DNA of 64,000 nt from a virus (lineage: Duplodnaviria; Caudoviricetes). Made by a program: the position numbers and the translations under genes. The stretch spans positions 32,001 to 96,000 of IMG/VR virus record IMGVR_UViG_3300046787_000508. The stretch is one strand, 5' to 3'. The notes under the pieces are model-generated. The model did not search any database. It was not told where the DNA came from and saw only the letters and a list, made by a program, of their open reading frames with translations. Shown in pieces: positions 16,615 to 27,616 of this stretch (the first letter of the stretch is position 1; each line of letters begins with the position of its first letter).

Positions 16615-19600
16615 TTATACTTGACAAGTTATTGGTTCCGAACCACAAACACCCAAAGATGTTGCGATACCATTAGTTAATGAGTAAATTACTGGTTCGT
16701 TAATCCACGATTGATTTAATTTATATAAACCATCCGCAGTTGGTGTGGTTAAACCTTCGTCAAAATACCATGTTGTATTTTCCAACCCATTATTATTTAA
16801 ATCATTTTCATTAAAGAATACGTTTATTGTGTTTTCACATCCAATACAAGCATCTTCTTTAGTTGCACCATCTTGGTAATAACAGAATTGTTTAGATGTA
16901 ACACCTTGTTTATCAACAATAGCGTAATATGTAATATCATAGTTAGCGGTATGTGTTAATGTACCATTATTTGTTATGATGTTATTAATTCCAGGTGCCA
17001 TACCCCATCCAATAAAGTTAGAACTATTAGTTGCCGTTGCAGTTGCTGTTAAACTAGTTCCAATCGCAACTGTTTTTGTTTTTGTATTAAAGTTAACACC
17101 ACTACCATCATCAATATGTCCACTTGCTAATGGATTTATTGGTGATAATATGTATGTAACGTTAACATTATCAGGGTCACATATTTGAACCGCCTCAACT
17201 AAGCTAACACATTCTATTGGTGTACCAGTAGGTGTGGGTGTTGGAGTAGGTGTCGGCGTGTCCGTAGGTGTTGGAGTCGGCTCCGAAGTTGGGGTCGGTG
17301 TAGGGGTTGGGTTAACTATCTCAACTATTACATCAAAACCACAATCTAACGTCGCGGTAGGTGTAGGAGTTGGTGTAGGTTCACCTGTCGGTGTAGGAGT
17401 TGGCGTCGGAGTAATAATATTTACATCGACATCGAAACTACAGTCTAACGTTGCCGTTGGTGTCGGTGTAGGTGTAGGTGTTGGTTCCGAAGTTGGAGTT
17501 GGTGTCGGAGTGTTTGTTGGACCCGCAGTCGGTGTTGGTGTAGGAGTTGGTGTTACCACATCAACTATTACATCAAAATTACAATCTAATGTTGGTTCCG
17601 GCGTTGGAGTATTTGTTGGCGTAGGTGTTGGAGTGGGTGTTACTACATTTATATCCACGTCAAAATTACAATCCAATGTTGGAGTAGGTGTTGGCGTAGG
17701 TGTAGGTTCACCTGTCGGTGTTGGGGTTGGTGTAGGTGTGATAATATTCACGTCAACATCGAAACTACAATCTAATGTAGGTGTCGGTGTTGGGGTCGGC
17801 TCCTGTGTAGGAGTCGGTGTTGGTGTAACAATATTTACATCAACATCAAAACTACAATCTAATGTTGGTTCTGGTGTAGGTGTAGGGGTTGGTGTGGGTA
17901 CAAATGTCGATAATACCACATCGAAACCACAGTCTAAAGTTGCGGTCGGTGTGGGAGTTGGTGTAGGTTCACCTGTCGGTGTTGGAGTTGGTGTCGGTCC
18001 TTCAGTTGGTGTTGGTGTAGGTGTTGGTCCCTCAGTCGGAGTATTAGTCGGCGTAGGGGTCGGCTCCGAAGTTGGTGTTGGGGTCGGAGTTGGTTCAACG
18101 GTTGGTGTTGGCGTTGGTGTAGGTTCAACGGTAGGTGTTGGCGTGTTTGTTGGAGTCGGAGTATTAGTCGGCGTAGGTGTTGGAGTACCCGTAGGTGTTG
18201 GGGTATTAGTCGGAGTTGGTGTATTTGTAGGTGTAGGTGTTGGTGTCGGAGTTGGTGGGATACATTCAGGATAATAAATTGGTCCACATGTCTCACCAAC
18301 TTGGTCATTAGTACAAACAGGTAATCCTGTTGCATCTCTAACCATATCATTAACGTCAGAATTACTACTACAATCAAATCCAATGAATTGTTGTGATAGA
18401 TATTCGTCCATAAATTTGAACTTCTCTTCTTTATAAGAAACAACGATAGTATTAACATCAGTTGATTGACCATTTAATAATACTATGTTTTGTGTGTTTC
18501 CCGTTACATTAAAATGATAAAATATTTTTTTGTGATTAAATGTATTACAGTCAATTAACTCAACACTTGTAACTTCAATTAATTCACCATTTTCACTAAC
18601 CAATAAATCACCTTTTTGATAGTAATCTTCATTAACATCACAACAAGGTATTTCTGTAATTTCAGGTTTAATGAATAAATCTTCAGGATATTTGTATATA
18701 AATTGATATGGTATACTTTCTAAATTGATACCAATGTTAGTATACACCAAAACTTTACTTGTTGGTAATATCTCGTAAGTGTCATTGATTAAACTTGTTT
18801 TAACCGTAGAAAGACATTCCTTATTTTCAACTGTTACACCTGTGTATTCATATGCGAAACTATAATCATTGTTAATTTCCGCGTCTCTAAATTCTTGTGA
18901 GGTTAGGAAGTTACAATTTTTTAAATCAATTGAAATAAGAACATCACCTATTGATACGTTTTGAGTTGTTACACCACTAATTGAATTATCGTTTAATTTA
19001 CTAATAAATTCATCTTTTGATGTTGGTACATTACCACTAATTAATTTGTAAACAATACTACCTTTTTTTACACCGTAATCAAACGATGGTCTATATTGTA
19101 CTCTTGGGTTGATTGTGTATCCAGTAACGTCGTCAGCAATTTTAACAATTTTTTGTTGTAGTCCCTCAATTTTTACTCTTTGTTCACAGTTCGCAGCGTC
19201 TGAAAATATTAAATCTATAGTATCACTCTCCAAGAAGCTTGGGATAATGTACTTACATCTAACTATATTGTCATCAATAACACTAACCGCCTCACATATT
19301 GGTGAAGCATTAACATCATCGTCACATTCTTGATGAACGTAAATTGGCCATCTATAAGGGTCTCCACTTTCGTCACCCACAGCACCACTAACAGTAAAGT
19401 ATATGTCACTCTGTAATTGACAATTAGTAGTGTCACCAGTAAAAACTCTACATGGAGTACTAACGTCAACTCTTAAACTACATTCTTGTTTTGCAATACT
19501 ATAGTTAGGTGTAAAGTAAAAATCAACTAACTCATCAACTCTACATTCATTGTAGTCACTTGAGTGTGAAATAAATCTAACTTTTTCAATCCCATCAATA

Positions 19601-22485
19601 TCAATGAAGTAATCAGCGGATATTGTTTTCTTTGGTGATTGAGTACAAGATTCAACACCCGTGAATTCAACGTACGGTTCGTAATCAATCAAACAACCCG
19701 CAGAGTCTTGTGTTAATGAATTAATGTCATTAATTAAACCATTTAATGTTGTTTTCCAAAGTGTTTTTACCGTATCAATCGTTGTTGACCCAGTAAAATT
19801 CACCACCCATGATTGATTATTAAGGTACGTACCTCTATAATCACAGATTAACGGAATACTCGTTGTTGATGATGTAAGTTTTGTACATTCATTTGTTGGG
19901 GTAAAAGGTCCAAATGGTCTTATTAATGACGTATTCTTGTTATAAACCGTACCATTAATGTCCAACGACAATGTATATGTTAATCCACCAAATACGTGTA
20001 ATCCTCTGAATTTAGCGTGGTTTTCATAATCTATATTTCCATTACCGTCATAACCCCCACCAATGTAAGTTTCTAAATCCTCTTCAATTACATTTTCAAA
20101 ATTTGGATAAAGAACTTCAATAAATTCTTTTGGTGTACACGGTTGTCTATGTTGGTATTTCGACCTGTTTAAAACTCCGTTCTCAATTAAATTACCACCT
20201 AACCATTGTGTGGTTGCCGGAATAAATTGTTGAATAACTTCAACCCAATATGGACTCATTCTTTCAATGAACTCATTGATTGTAACAAAGTTATAAGGTG
20301 TAAACCCAACACTTGTCATGTAATCTTTGTAAATTTCCTTTAAGACTCTATATTCCTTTTTGTACTTAATAATATGTGAGTTCTTAATATTTTGACTTAC
20401 AATATTATTTAAGAATTGTGAAAACGTGACACCTGTTTGTGGTGTCATTGTGTGGAAACTTAAAGATAAATCTCTAGATTTTCTGTATATGTCATAATCA
20501 ATTGCTCTATCTGAAGATAGGAACACATTGATATTTTTTCTATTTAAAGTTAATTTGGAATCGTCGTCATTTACAACAACTTCCGTTTTTCTATTATCGA
20601 TTTCAGATGATATATCAAAACCGTAATCTAAACCAGGTAATTTTCTATAAACATTAAAGTAATCCTCACCATATGTGAAAGGTGCGGATTTTGTTTTTAA
20701 TACTTTTACTCTACCTGTTAAGTTAGATGTGTAAGTATCTAATATGTCTGAAGACCTATGGTCTAATGTTTTTCTATACCAACCTGAACCTTTAGCAAAG
20801 AAATAATCCCCGTTGGTTGTTTGTATTTTTCTTGGTAACCCACTATCCTCACTAACAGGATATTCACTTCTTGTTAGGGTTGTACTTCCGGTCGTTGTAA
20901 CAAGTCTATATGAATATGCAGGATATTCAACACCATCAATGGTAGTGTCAAATGGAACGAATTCCATATGATTAAATTCTTTTACCCCTTGGATAACATT
21001 ACGAATGTCATCTTCGAAAGTTTTAGTTGGTAATAAACTATCAACCTTGTAAACATACTCATCCAATCTAATCATTGGTTCAGGTGCCCCGATGAATTTT
21101 AGGAAGAACTCAATTGCCAATCTTGTACCTTTTGATTTGTAAAGATGTGCTAAGTTTGAGATTAATCTTCTATAAAATTCGTATTCGGCCTCAACTAAAT
21201 TAGGACCTAATGAAACACCTTCATATTGTGATGTGTGTCTCGTATATAGTGAATCTTGTAATGTCTTTTCATCGAATAGATTTACCGTCGATAAACCTAA
21301 CGTTTCAGATAAGTTTTTTAATAATAAATCGGGAACATTGTTAATACCATCATAACTTACATTTCTCATGTAAGCGATATTATCAATGAATTTTTTTATT
21401 TTATCAAAACTTTGTCCATATATTTGGAAAATTGCTTCCGCTTTTTTCTCTTCAGTATCAAATTCAAAAAGTTGTGGTGCCGTTAAAAACCTAACTAATA
21501 AATTAGATTTATAGTCATCAATTTCATCACCTAATGAACTTAATTTTTCAACGTAATATTCAAACTCTAAACCAACAATTTGGATGTTCCACCCATCTCT
21601 AGCAATTGGCCAATTGATTTGTTCACTGGTTAATTCTGTTGAATAACCGTCACTTGAATCTCTCGGAACCGTAAAATTAGCTTGGAATTTTGGTAACGTC
21701 TCTCTGTTTAATAAAACAGTTTGTAAATCATCTAATTGTTTGTAGAACTCCTCAGTTATCCCGTCATTCGGTCTAATGATATATGAGTCGGTATATGTAC
21801 TGTTATTGTTGAAACAATTTCCCTCAACTTTCATCGAGATTAGATTGTTAACGTCCGGTTCACTATAAACTAAGATATTATGTGTTGTACCACTAAAGTC
21901 TAACACATATTTTGTATATGACGAGAAAAAGTTTTTAAAGTCGTTCTCTGTCTGAGGTAAGGTATTACTTTTTGGTTCAATAAGTACAACACCCATTGGG
22001 TTATAAATTGCACTGTATTGGAATTTAAATTCTGTTGTATTTGTTAATCTATCGTAAACCGCAGATTCTGCCGTTAAGTTCGATGCTAAACCAGGTGTTG
22101 TTCCGTCCACCATAATTCCCGATGGGAATTTCTTAATGATATCTGTAACTGCGGTTCCTAATCTTTGTTTTAGTGAACCATATAATGATTTACCCGCATC
22201 AGATTTTGAATTTTTAAATTTAATTTTCTGTTTTTGACCGCTAAAAGGTAAAGTATCAACAACCGGACTCTCCTCTTCTTTTAAATCATCTAAAGTGATG
22301 AAATCAGAAAAGGGAACTGTTCTAAATTCTTTACTATCCTTTTCAGGAATAACTCTATCAATTGCAAAATTGGTGTTAGTCAGTTGACTTGACCCATCGG
22401 TAATTTGATTACCGACAAGACTATCACTAAACGTTTCCGCTCCACTTGCAGCCTGACTTGGTACCTTGTATCTTATTTTTGCCAT
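16615..22485 (-). CDS. Baseplate wedge-like protein (P2 gpI/T4 gp7-type motif) with a long C-terminal Pro-Thr stalk and tip domain
   Basis: [10 protein letters not shown] and [28 protein letters not shown] wedge-like motif; a PT region of about 345 aa with seven LDCxFDV motifs. Confidence 0.7.
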   Translation of the reverse strand: MAKIRYKVPSQAASGAETFSDSLVGNQITDGSSQLTNTNFAIDRVIPEKDSKEFRTVPFSDFITLDDLKEEESPVVDTLPFSGQKQKIKFKNSKSDAGKSLYGSLKQRLGTAVTDIIKKFPSGIMVDGTTPGLASNLTAESAVYDRLTNTTEFKFQYSAIYNPMGVVLIEPKSNTLPQTENDFKNFFSSYTKYVLDFSGTTHNILVYSEPDVNNLISMKVEGNCFNNNSTYTDSYIIRPNDGITEEFYKQLDDLQTVLLNRETLPKFQANFTVPRDSSDGYSTELTSEQINWPIARDGWNIQIVGLEFEYYVEKLSSLGDEIDDYKSNLLVRFLTAPQLFEFDTEEKKAEAIFQIYGQSFDKIKKFIDNIAYMRNVSYDGINNVPDLLLKNLSETLGLSTVNLFDEKTLQDSLYTRHTSQYEGVSLGPNLVEAEYEFYRRLISNLAHLYKSKGTRLAIEFFLKFIGAPEPMIRLDEYVYKVDSLLPTKTFEDDIRNVIQGVKEFNHMEFVPFDTTIDGVEYPAYSYRLVTTTGSTTLTRSEYPVSEDSGLPRKIQTTNGDYFFAKGSGWYRKTLDHRSSDILDTYTSNLTGRVKVLKTKSAPFTYGEDYFNVYRKLPGLDYGFDISSEIDNRKTEVVVNDDDSKLTLNRKNINVFLSSDRAIDYDIYRKSRDLSLSFHTMTPQTGVTFSQFLNNIVSQNIKNSHIIKYKKEYRVLKEIYKDYMTSVGFTPYNFVTINEFIERMSPYWVEVIQQFIPATTQWLGGNLIENGVLNRSKYQHRQPCTPKEFIEVLYPNFENVIEEDLETYIGGGYDGNGNIDYENHAKFRGLHVFGGLTYTLSLDINGTVYNKNTSLIRPFGPFTPTNECTKLTSSTTSIPLICDYRGTYLNNQSWVVNFTGSTTIDTVKTLWKTTLNGLINDINSLTQDSAGCLIDYEPYVEFTGVESCTQSPKKTISADYFIDIDGIEKVRFISHSSDYNECRVDELVDFYFTPNYSIAKQECSLRVDVSTPCRVFTGDTTNCQLQSDIYFTVSGAVGDESGDPYRWPIYVHQECDDDVNASPICEAVSVIDDNIVRCKYIIPSFLESDTIDLIFSDAANCEQRVKIEGLQQKIVKIADDVTGYTINPRVQYRPSFDYGVKKGSIVYKLISGNVPTSKDEFISKLNDNSISGVTTQNVSIGDVLISIDLKNCNFLTSQEFRDAEINNDYSFAYEYTGVTVENKECLSTVKTSLINDTYEILPTSKVLVYTNIGINLESIPYQFIYKYPEDLFIKPEITEIPCCDVNEDYYQKGDLLVSENGELIEVTSVELIDCNTFNHKKIFYHFNVTGNTQNIVLLNGQSTDVNTIVVSYKEEKFKFMDEYLSQQFIGFDCSSNSDVNDMVRDATGLPVCTNDQVGETCGPIYYPECIPPTPTPTPTPTNTPTPTNTPTPTGTPTPTPTNTPTPTNTPTPTVEPTPTPTPTVEPTPTPTPTSEPTPTPTNTPTEGPTPTPTPTEGPTPTPTPTGEPTPTPTPTATLDCGFDVVLSTFVPTPTPTPTPEPTLDCSFDVDVNIVTPTPTPTQEPTPTPTPTLDCSFDVDVNIITPTPTPTPTGEPTPTPTPTPTLDCNFDVDINVVTPTPTPTPTNTPTPEPTLDCNFDVIVDVVTPTPTPTPTAGPTNTPTPTPTSEPTPTPTPTPTATLDCSFDVDVNIITPTPTPTPTGEPTPTPTPTATLDCGFDVIVEIVNPTPTPTPTSEPTPTPTDTPTPTPTPTPTGTPIECVSLVEAVQICDPDNVNVTYILSPINPLASGHIDDGSGVNFNTKTKTVAIGTSLTATATATNSSNFIGWGMAPGINNIITNNGTLTHTANYDITYYAIVDKQGVTSKQFCYYQDGATKEDACIGCENTINVFFNENDLNNNGLENTTWYFDEGLTTPTADGLYKLNQSWINEPVIYSLTNGIATSLGVCGSEPITCQV
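17222..18260 (-). repeat. Coding low-complexity (Pro-Thr)n tract with seven LDCxFDV motifs
   Basis: Seen directly in the DNA and in the translation. Confidence 0.9.
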
Positions 22486-23396
22486 TATTCGGTAATAACA
22501 TTAAAGTTTAAATTTTCATCAATATCTGTTTTTCTTTCTCTAACCTCGTATAACGTTTCGTTATATTGGTCTTTAACCTCATAAAGGTTATATTGTCTGT
22601 AGATACTGTTATTGTTATCGTAGATAGTGTATACACCATCAGAAACAGATTTACTTTGATTACCGTACAATGCATGTGCTAATGTAGTTGCATCATGTTC
22701 AACCATTTCAACCTCAACAGTTGTTGGGTTAAAATATGTATTTGTTAATATAATGTTTTGGTTTGGTTGACCAATAAATGGTACCGTAGTTGCTCTTGTT
22801 GATGGAGCCGCACTTGGTGTGATGGTTAAAAACATAAAGTTTGTTGCCGCATCAGTATATCTATACCTAATTGATTTTTGATTTGTGTTGGTTGTGTTTG
22901 ATATTACCGGTTCACAATAAAAATTAGATGTTACTACTCTATAAAAATTTGGTATTTTTTTATTATCCGTAGGGTTAATGTATTCAATTCTGTAACCAAC
23001 AACTCCTTGAGGTGAAAATTTACCTCTATCCGCTGAAGGTACTGTACTTAAATCAATAATTAAACCTCTAACTGAAGGAAGAGACGCTAAAATTCCACAA
23101 TCAGCAATTGTTGTTCTGATTTGTTTAGGTCTCATATGAAGTGTGTAAATTCCAAGTTCTGAGAAATCGGCAGCGGCAAGTTTTAGGTTATATAACCCAC
23201 CAAGTACTTCTACGTCCTCTGTTCCACCTGTTTCTCCATTATGTAAAACCGGAGTCAAATAATCAGAGGCTGGACTTAATTTTTTAAATGTAACTGGAGA
23301 CGTTGCCGTTCTACCTGAAACGTAGTGATAAAAGATATCAACATCGTCAGGAGATACATCCGCAGGTCTCACAATACCGTAACTACCAATTGCCAT
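22485..23396 (-). CDS. Hypothetical virion structural protein
   Basis: 303 aa and beta-rich; its TAA overlaps the ATG of the wedge-like gene; preceded by TATTTATA. Confidence 0.6.
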   Translation of the reverse strand: MAIGSYGIVRPADVSPDDVDIFYHYVSGRTATSPVTFKKLSPASDYLTPVLHNGETGGTEDVEVLGGLYNLKLAAADFSELGIYTLHMRPKQIRTTIADCGILASLPSVRGLIIDLSTVPSADRGKFSPQGVVGYRIEYINPTDNKKIPNFYRVVTSNFYCEPVISNTTNTNQKSIRYRYTDAATNFMFLTITPSAAPSTRATTVPFIGQPNQNIILTNTYFNPTTVEVEMVEHDATTLAHALYGNQSKSVSDGVYTIYDNNNSIYRQYNLYEVKDQYNETLYEVRERKTDIDENLNFNVITE

Positions 23397-23407
23397 GTTT
23401 TTTTATT

Positions 23408-23415
23408 TATAAATA
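23408..23415 (-). promoter_or_regulatory. Late-promoter-like motif TATTTATA
   Basis: 11 nt upstream of the ATG at 23396. Confidence 0.6.
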
Positions 23416-23421
23416 TGATTT

Positions 23422-24342
23422 TTATTGTTTTTTTACATTAAAATATCCACTTCCGTACACACTTATTTCTCCAACACTGTCCATTTCACCTAATCTTAGG
23501 TTCCTTTCCATGATTCCTTGTTTACCTCTCTCAACAAAAATGTCAGAAAAAATCTGTGGTTCGTCAATGAAACCAAGTAAATGTTCGTTTCTAGTTACCA
23601 TTCCTTGGTACACTTCTTCGTTTTGATATGAAGCGGTTGTTCCTGTAATATGTGTGTAACCATCTGCGTAATCCATATAATATAACTCATTTATTGTATA
23701 TCCTGTATAGTTATCTGTAATTGTTAACCCACTATACGCATTTACTGTACCATATTTTCTAACTTCATCAATTCTACTCTTACCAATTGCCATAAAAGAT
23801 ATATTGGTATTTTCGGTTTGACCCGTTAATGTTCTGTAGTTTTGTAAATAATTTTGACTGTGGGTTATTTCAGGGGAACTATAGGGAACACTAAATGTTA
23901 ATGTACCTAAATCTGTTGGTATTCCATATGAACTCGTAAATGGAACAGTTAATGTTTTTTTTACTTTATTTATTCTCCACGGAGAATCTACAGTAATTTC
24001 AATAGTCTTTACACCATTTGTCGAATATGTGTGACTTGCGGATGTTAGATTTGCATCGTATACTGTCGGCATGGTAATGGTACTCGTTGTACCGTCCCCC
24101 CATGATACTCTAAAAACCGCATTAACTAAATCTTTTAATTTGGTTGTGTTGGTTGTGTTATAAACTGTAATTGTATTGCCATTACCTCTATATGTGAAGT
24201 TACAAAATTGTTCTACCTGTTCAATGTCACCGTCAAATGAAACCATAACACCCATTTCATCTACACTACTTTCTAAGAAAATCGGTAAATTAAATGTCAA
24301 CCCCGTTGAGGGTCTCAATATTTGATGTTTTATTCTTTTCAT
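23422..24342 (-). CDS. Structural protein with a PKD-like domain
   Basis: VSWGDGTTS...ASHTYSTNGVKTIEITV is the PKD signature (WGDG...HTY). Confidence 0.65.
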   Translation of the reverse strand: MKRIKHQILRPSTGLTFNLPIFLESSVDEMGVMVSFDGDIEQVEQFCNFTYRGNGNTITVYNTTNTTKLKDLVNAVFRVSWGDGTTSTITMPTVYDANLTSASHTYSTNGVKTIEITVDSPWRINKVKKTLTVPFTSSYGIPTDLGTLTFSVPYSSPEITHSQNYLQNYRTLTGQTENTNISFMAIGKSRIDEVRKYGTVNAYSGLTITDNYTGYTINELYYMDYADGYTHITGTTASYQNEEVYQGMVTRNEHLLGFIDEPQIFSDIFVERGKQGIMERNLRLGEMDSVGEISVYGSGYFNVKKQ

Positions 24343-24347
24343 AATTC

Positions 24348-25154
24348 TTAAATGGTTCCATTAATTGCCTCGTAAAAGTTTATTGGGTCACCTGATTCCC
24401 CAATTCTACTTCCGGTAGTCCCATTATATCTAAATACTTGGTAGGTGTAATCTGTCTTATCCATTACCAATTTATAATACACGTCTTGAGACTCATTTAC
24501 CGTAGTTGTTGGGGATACCGATTTATTATTAAAATTTAAAATCGACCCATCTTTAGCATCAAAGAATCTTGCCGTCATGTAAAAAGTGTCACCTGACATT
24601 GTTGTACCGTTAAGTACCGTATCATCTTGGAACCAATATAGATACATGTTTTCTTTGTTTCTATAATTTGAACCGGTGAATACAGGTACATGGATATAGT
24701 CGTATAATTTTGTGTAATAAATTTTTTCACCTAATGGAATTGAAAGGTTTTTAGAAAGAACTAATTTTCTATTTCCTCTAGTTGGTCTTTCATCGTTAGG
24801 TGTTTTATATAATTCAAGTCTGAAAAAACTTTCTGAAGATTCTCTCGACATTTTATTATTTTCATCACTTGTAATGCCGATATGTTCGTAATCTAAACCA
24901 CCAACGTGTGTGTTAGAACCATTATAAAAAAAGAATTGGAACCAAATATCAGTTTGTTCCACACTATTTTCTGAACTTGTATATGGTTTATGGATGTATC
25001 TAACCGTTTCAAAATTTTCAGTTGGGTTTATGATATCTTTAAGGACTTCCTTTTCATATTCTTCAATACCCTCTTGCCATCCCAAGTCCAATCTAAAGTT
25101 GGTCTCTGAATTAAGTAATAAATTACCGTCTAAATCACTTTGTATTATTTTCAT
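24348..25154 (-). CDS. Hypothetical structural protein (baseplate region)
   Basis: 268 aa ORF, tightly packed in the structural operon. Confidence 0.55.
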   Translation of the reverse strand: MKIIQSDLDGNLLLNSETNFRLDLGWQEGIEEYEKEVLKDIINPTENFETVRYIHKPYTSSENSVEQTDIWFQFFFYNGSNTHVGGLDYEHIGITSDENNKMSRESSESFFRLELYKTPNDERPTRGNRKLVLSKNLSIPLGEKIYYTKLYDYIHVPVFTGSNYRNKENMYLYWFQDDTVLNGTTMSGDTFYMTARFFDAKDGSILNFNNKSVSPTTTVNESQDVYYKLVMDKTDYTYQVFRYNGTTGSRIGESGDPINFYEAINGTI

Positions 25155-26923
25155 TAACAGTTAGGATTAGTTTTTCCACCATTTTTATTTTTATCGTTTG
25201 TTAAGTTGAAATTAATAATTCCATCTTTTTTGGTTGTGAACGCCTTTTCATTTCTAAGGTAGAAGTTTATATTATTCTGAATATAATGTGTATCATTCAT
25301 ATACGGATAATCAACACCGTAACCATCTACGTCAGTATATCCTAATTCATAAACATCTCTCCATTTCCATAATTTTCCATCGGGGAAAAATTTAGCATTG
25401 TCAGGTAAAAATAGAATATCGTTTGTATCTGAAGTTTCAATATATGGTGATAACTCTCTAATTTTAACACGATAGTGTGGTTGGTAATATAATCCTGTTG
25501 GGTTAGTGGTGGTACTACCTGGATATTCTATATTTGACGTTTGGTCATGGTCGAATACTAATGGATTACTTACAATTTTATGGAAAGCTTCGGAAATAAT
25601 TCTTTCTTTCATCATTAATGGGTCATATTCAACATACGCACCTGTGACGATATCACCTTTTGATAGTGTATTACCCGTATAAAACGTTATCCCACTTTTT
25701 GTCATTGGTGTTGATGTCATCCCCACTTCATTTGTTCCTGTACCATCAAAATGATTATCTATCCAATAATCGTGTATATGGAACGAATAACCGACCTTTG
25801 GTGGGTAATTGAAGTATCCGTTACCATTACGAAATATCGTCGTTACATAGACCTCAGTTGGGGTGTAATTAAGATTGTTTGTCATCCCCGTTAATGTAAC
25901 AGGTACCTTGAAATCAAATAAAACCGATTCCATCCTATTTCTTTCAACTAATGGGTCAACATCTCCGTTTTTATTTTGAAATAATAGTTTTCTTTCTTCC
26001 TCGAATATTGCTGATTCAAACCCAACTTTATCTAATATATAATCACTTGTTTCCGTTAATATTCTATGTTTATGTACATAATACTCACTTGTAGAACCTG
26101 TTATATTACTAATATTTGTACAACGTTTACCCATAACCAACTGATTAAGGGTTGTACCTGATTCAAATTGAGTTTTATATAAATTAATTACATAACTTGA
26201 TGAATCATAATATTCGTCACCAACTGAACTTATGTAATAAGGTACGTCTTCAATAATGACATATTCACCTTGTGACATACCGTGTTTGATTGGACTTGTT
26301 AATTTATATGAATTAGTTGTACTTGATACTCTAAATGGTATACCATCTCCACTTGTAAATGTTATTAAATTTACACCTTCAGTTTTAGTTACACCACTTA
26401 AGGTATACTTCATTGGGAAAGTTTTAGTGTGAGATGAAACATGTGATAAATAAATGTTCCAATTGTGATATGGTGCCGTGATTGGTGTTACTTTTTGATG
26501 TGTAGTATCTCCGGTAGTAATGATTGAGAATCCCGTAAATCCAGATAATGAATTTGTCGACACGTCTTGAGTTATTTCTCTAAACACGTCTTTTCTTAGG
26601 AACGCAAATTCATCATAGGGTAAGTAACCTGTAAAGTCTAAGTTTTCACCGTTACCCTCTAATGCTAATTTATTTTCTAAATAATCATAAGGAGAAGTTC
26701 CAAGATATAAATTTCTAAAAACCACTTTTAATTTACCAAAAATTTTATACCTAACACAAGCTTCTCTTTCTGTTTTAAATTGTTCAGCAAGGTCAAGAAT
26801 AACGTCTCTATCGTCAATTCTTAAAAGAGATTTCTCTTCATCTAAACCAATACGAATTTGTAACTCCTCAGTTGGGGAATTTTCGTATTTTAGAGTTGGT
26901 AATATTATTTGTTTTTTTTCCAT
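25154..26923 (-). CDS. Hypothetical structural protein (baseplate region)
   Basis: The likely true start is MEKKQIILP at 26923, a TAATG overlap with the upstream stop. The track's start at 26995 overlaps another gene. Confidence 0.6.
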   Translation of the reverse strand: MEKKQIILPTLKYENSPTEELQIRIGLDEEKSLLRIDDRDVILDLAEQFKTEREACVRYKIFGKLKVVFRNLYLGTSPYDYLENKLALEGNGENLDFTGYLPYDEFAFLRKDVFREITQDVSTNSLSGFTGFSIITTGDTTHQKVTPITAPYHNWNIYLSHVSSHTKTFPMKYTLSGVTKTEGVNLITFTSGDGIPFRVSSTTNSYKLTSPIKHGMSQGEYVIIEDVPYYISSVGDEYYDSSSYVINLYKTQFESGTTLNQLVMGKRCTNISNITGSTSEYYVHKHRILTETSDYILDKVGFESAIFEEERKLLFQNKNGDVDPLVERNRMESVLFDFKVPVTLTGMTNNLNYTPTEVYVTTIFRNGNGYFNYPPKVGYSFHIHDYWIDNHFDGTGTNEVGMTSTPMTKSGITFYTGNTLSKGDIVTGAYVEYDPLMMKERIISEAFHKIVSNPLVFDHDQTSNIEYPGSTTTNPTGLYYQPHYRVKIRELSPYIETSDTNDILFLPDNAKFFPDGKLWKWRDVYELGYTDVDGYGVDYPYMNDTHYIQNNINFYLRNEKAFTTKKDGIINFNLTNDKNKNGGKTNPNC

Positions 26924-27615
26924 TAATCTTGTGTATTGAAAATGTAATTTCTTATAGATTTGAATAACGTGTATGGTTGTTTTCCAACATAACACACTCC
27001 GTCTTCAGTGACTAATCTATTATATTCGTATGCCATTCCTGCACTTACCCAATTTATTTCTTCACCCATGTCACGTCTAACTAAATCTGCAATTTTGTTT
27101 TCGTCATATCTCATACCATTTTTACTTAATGGTAATTTACTCACAACGTAATCACTATATCCCTTTTCCTTACATGAACATCTTGTCATTTCTACGTTTG
27201 ATTTGTATTCACCTCTAATTGCCGAAACTTCAATACCATCAAGATATTCCGACATCTCAACAATTTTTCTATATGATAACCCACTAAAACAAGTTGTGAA
27301 CATTAATTTAGTGTCTTTAGTCATAATCGGTTTTAACGCGTCGATAACTTCCTTTATCTTTTCGTAATTTTCATCAGTCTGTACTAATTTTTTTCCGGTA
27401 CCATAACTTGTTAAATTTATCTGATTAAGGACATAAGGATATTTTGTTATAAATTTCTTTATACCTTCTATCGTTTCATCTAAACTTTTATATGGACCAA
27501 CACTGTGTGTAAATTTTGACAAAAAACTATATAAATTAAATTCTTCTTTTTTATAGTTTATGTAAATTATTAAGTGTGTCGGTCTTCTTCTTTTAAATAA
27601 ATCTTTTATCCACAT
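26923..27615 (-). CDS. Caspase/DUF4347-like alpha/beta protein, probably lacking the catalytic His
   Basis: INLTSYGTG at the SHG position and LMFTTCFSG at the Cys position. The likely start is MWIKDLF at 27615, just after the upstream stop. Confidence 0.45.
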   Translation of the reverse strand: MWIKDLFKRRRPTHLIIYINYKKEEFNLYSFLSKFTHSVGPYKSLDETIEGIKKFITKYPYVLNQINLTSYGTGKKLVQTDENYEKIKEVIDALKPIMTKDTKLMFTTCFSGLSYRKIVEMSEYLDGIEVSAIRGEYKSNVEMTRCSCKEKGYSDYVVSKLPLSKNGMRYDENKIADLVRRDMGEEINWVSAGMAYEYNRLVTEDGVCYVGKQPYTLFKSIRNYIFNTQD

Positions 27616-27616
27616 A

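Noticed and set aside
7140-18260. Tandem ggtgt(a/t)gg repeats as a possible CRISPR array or satellite
   Set aside because: They are in-frame coding repeats that vary at third positions, with no constant repeat plus unique spacer structure and no cas operon.
17234-18274. 346 aa plus-strand Gly-Val-rich ORF
   Set aside because: Same antisense shadow effect, exactly coextensive with the PT tract.
6808-22485. Diversity-generating retroelement acting on the fibre tips
   Set aside because: There is no reverse transcriptase in the window, and I saw no near-identical template/variable repeat pair differing only at adenines. A trans-acting DGR elsewhere cannot be excluded.
26924-26995. N-terminal extensions in the ORF track (25154..26995, 26923..27639, 62583..63857)
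   Set aside because: Each extension overlaps the upstream gene. Internal ATGs abutting the upstream stop codons are more plausible starts.
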